This document shows positions 62,637 to 64,000 of a DNA stretch of 64,000 bases, in pieces. Each line of letters opens with the position of its first letter. Position 1 is the first letter of the stretch. Source of the DNA: a virus (taxonomy: Duplodnaviria > Caudoviricetes). The notes under the pieces were generated by a model. That model was not told where the DNA came from and did no database searches. It saw nothing but the letters and a program-made list of their open reading frames with translations. The translations under genes were made by a program, and so were the position numbers. The stretch lies in IMG/VR virus record IMGVR_UViG_3300037067_004901, positions 32,001 to 96,000 of that record. The stretch is one strand, 5' to 3'.

Positions 62637-64000
62637 ATGCCAGCAAATAATAATTTTAAAGTAGAAACTACATTAATTTTAAAACCAGAAGTCAATACTG
62701 CTGATTTAAAATCTGCTGTAGGTCAAATAAATAGTTTAATTGATAGAATGGGTGTACGAGGTGGTGCATATCGCACTACGCAAGGTAATCTTGCAATTCA
62801 ATTAGGAAGTGGTGTTTCTCCACAACAACGTGGTGCTATTACTAAACTTAGCAATGAATTACTTGGTCTTAAAAACGCACAAGATAAAGTCAATGAATCA
62901 CAAGATAATTTTTATGGTAAATCAAAACGTAATATAGGAACAATTTTACTTTGGGCCGCAGGTTGGCAAGTAGCTTATGGTGCAATTAATACGGTTAAAC
63001 AAGCTATTTCTACTACGCTAAAAGATTTTGGTGATTTAGAAATGGCTTTTATTCGTATTAAACAAGCTTCTGGTGAATCGGGTGCTTCTTTTTCTAAATT
63101 TTCAGATAGTGCATTTAAAGTAGCTCGTATCACTGGTACATCTGTTACGGATATAGCGCAAGCTTCTAAAATATGGGCACAACAAGGTAAAAGTATTGCT
63201 GAATCTTTAAAATTAACAGAGACAGCTACTATTGCTGTTAATTTAACCGGTCAGACAACACAAGAAACAATCAGTGAGCTTACAGGTGTTATGAATGCTT
63301 GGGGTTTTACAGCAGAACAAACGTCTTTTGCACTTGATAAATTCGCTAAAGTTGCTGATAAAGAAGCTGTTGAAGTTAAAGACTTAATGGAAGGATTTTT
63401 AAATGTTGGTCTTACAGCTAAAACAGCGGGTGTATCTTTCGAAGAATTAACTGGTCTTTTAACAGCAGTTGTTACTGTAACTCGTAAAGCTGGAAGAGAA
63501 GTTGGTGATGCTTTCAGAACAATGTTTACACGTTTTATGCGTGCTGATACATTAAGTACAATACAAACTTTATCAAAAGTCGCTGTTTATGTAGATGAAT
63601 TTGGTAATGCTACATATGCTAATACAGGTCGTATTAGAAACTTTACAGCAGTTTATCAAGATTTAGTAAAAGTTATGCCGCAACTTGCAGAAACAACACA
63701 AGCTAAAATTCTTGAACAATTAACTGGTGCAAGACGTAGTGAAATTGGACGTGCTATGTTTGCAGGTGAAGGTATTGTTAATCGTACTATGATAGAACAA
63801 GCTAATGCGTTTGGTTATTCTGCTCAAAAAAATACAGAGATAATGGATTCATGGAATAAAAAAGTTGCAGTGCTTGGTATATCTTTTCAACAACTTGGAC
63901 AATCAATAGCACAAAGTGGATTAATGGATGCACTTAAAAATATAGTCGATTCTCTTACATCTTTTTTAGATATTCTTAGTGAATCAAAAGAATCACTATA
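62637..64000 (+). CDS. Tape measure protein, TP901-type (truncated by window end; not in ORF track)
   Basis: MPANNNFKVE...DIAQASKIWAQQG...LTETATIAVNLTG...AKTAGVSFEELTGLL...GREVGDAFRTMFTR; open to the window end. Confidence 0.88.
   Translation, partial: MPANNNFKVETTLILKPEVNTADLKSAVGQINSLIDRMGVRGGAYRTTQGNLAIQLGSGVSPQQRGAITKLSNELLGLKNAQDKVNESQDNFYGKSKRNIGTILLWAAGWQVAYGAINTVKQAISTTLKDFGDLEMAFIRIKQASGESGASFSKFSDSAFKVARITGTSVTDIAQASKIWAQQGKSIAESLKLTETATIAVNLTGQTTQETISELTGVMNAWGFTAEQTSFALDKFAKVADKEAVEVKDLMEGFLNVGLTAKTAGVSFEELTGLLTAVVTVTRKAGREVGDAFRTMFTRFMRADTLSTIQTLSKVAVYVDEFGNATYANTGRIRNFTAVYQDLVKVMPQLAETTQAKILEQLTGARRSEIGRAMFAGEGIVNRTMIEQANAFGYSAQKNTEIMDSWNKKVAVLGISFQQLGQSIAQSGLMDALKNIVDSLTSFLDILSESKESL

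Overview
This 64 kb window looks like part of a large, AT-rich tailed dsDNA phage, probably a siphovirus: it has a tail tube, a frameshifted tail chaperone and a tape measure protein, and no sheath is seen. It uses the standard genetic code and sigma70-type promoters (TTGACA/TTGCAT-N16-17-TATACT). Left to right: (1) 1-9.9 kb, a leftward block of small early-type ORFs, including a SprT-like protease and an Hjc-like nuclease; (2) 10-14.4 kb, a largely non-coding control region with repeats, a promoter/terminator-bounded structured RNA, a phased DnaA-box-like array and two paralogous basic proteins; (3) from 14.6 kb, a rightward block with six tRNAs, GroEL, a Ro60/TROVE gene preceded by four tandem Y-RNA-like elements, terminase, about 20 sugar-nucleotide/methyltransferase/glycosyltransferase genes in two main clusters, portal, protease-scaffold, capsid, neck and tail genes, and a tape measure gene running off the end. 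Best candidates for new biology: (a) a 743-bp tract (13633-14375) with no GG or CC dinucleotide, holding a whole promoter-RBS-gene unit whose protein has no Gly, Pro or Trp, and ending at CCCCCC (a possible genome terminus with a first-expressed anti-defence gene); (b) a modular array of four Y-RNA-like RNAs with different cargo domains in front of the phage Ro60; (c) a standalone ~275-nt pseudoknotted ncRNA; (d) a gene enclosed by a 31-bp inverted repeat. All functional calls come from motif recognition by eye; no searches were run.
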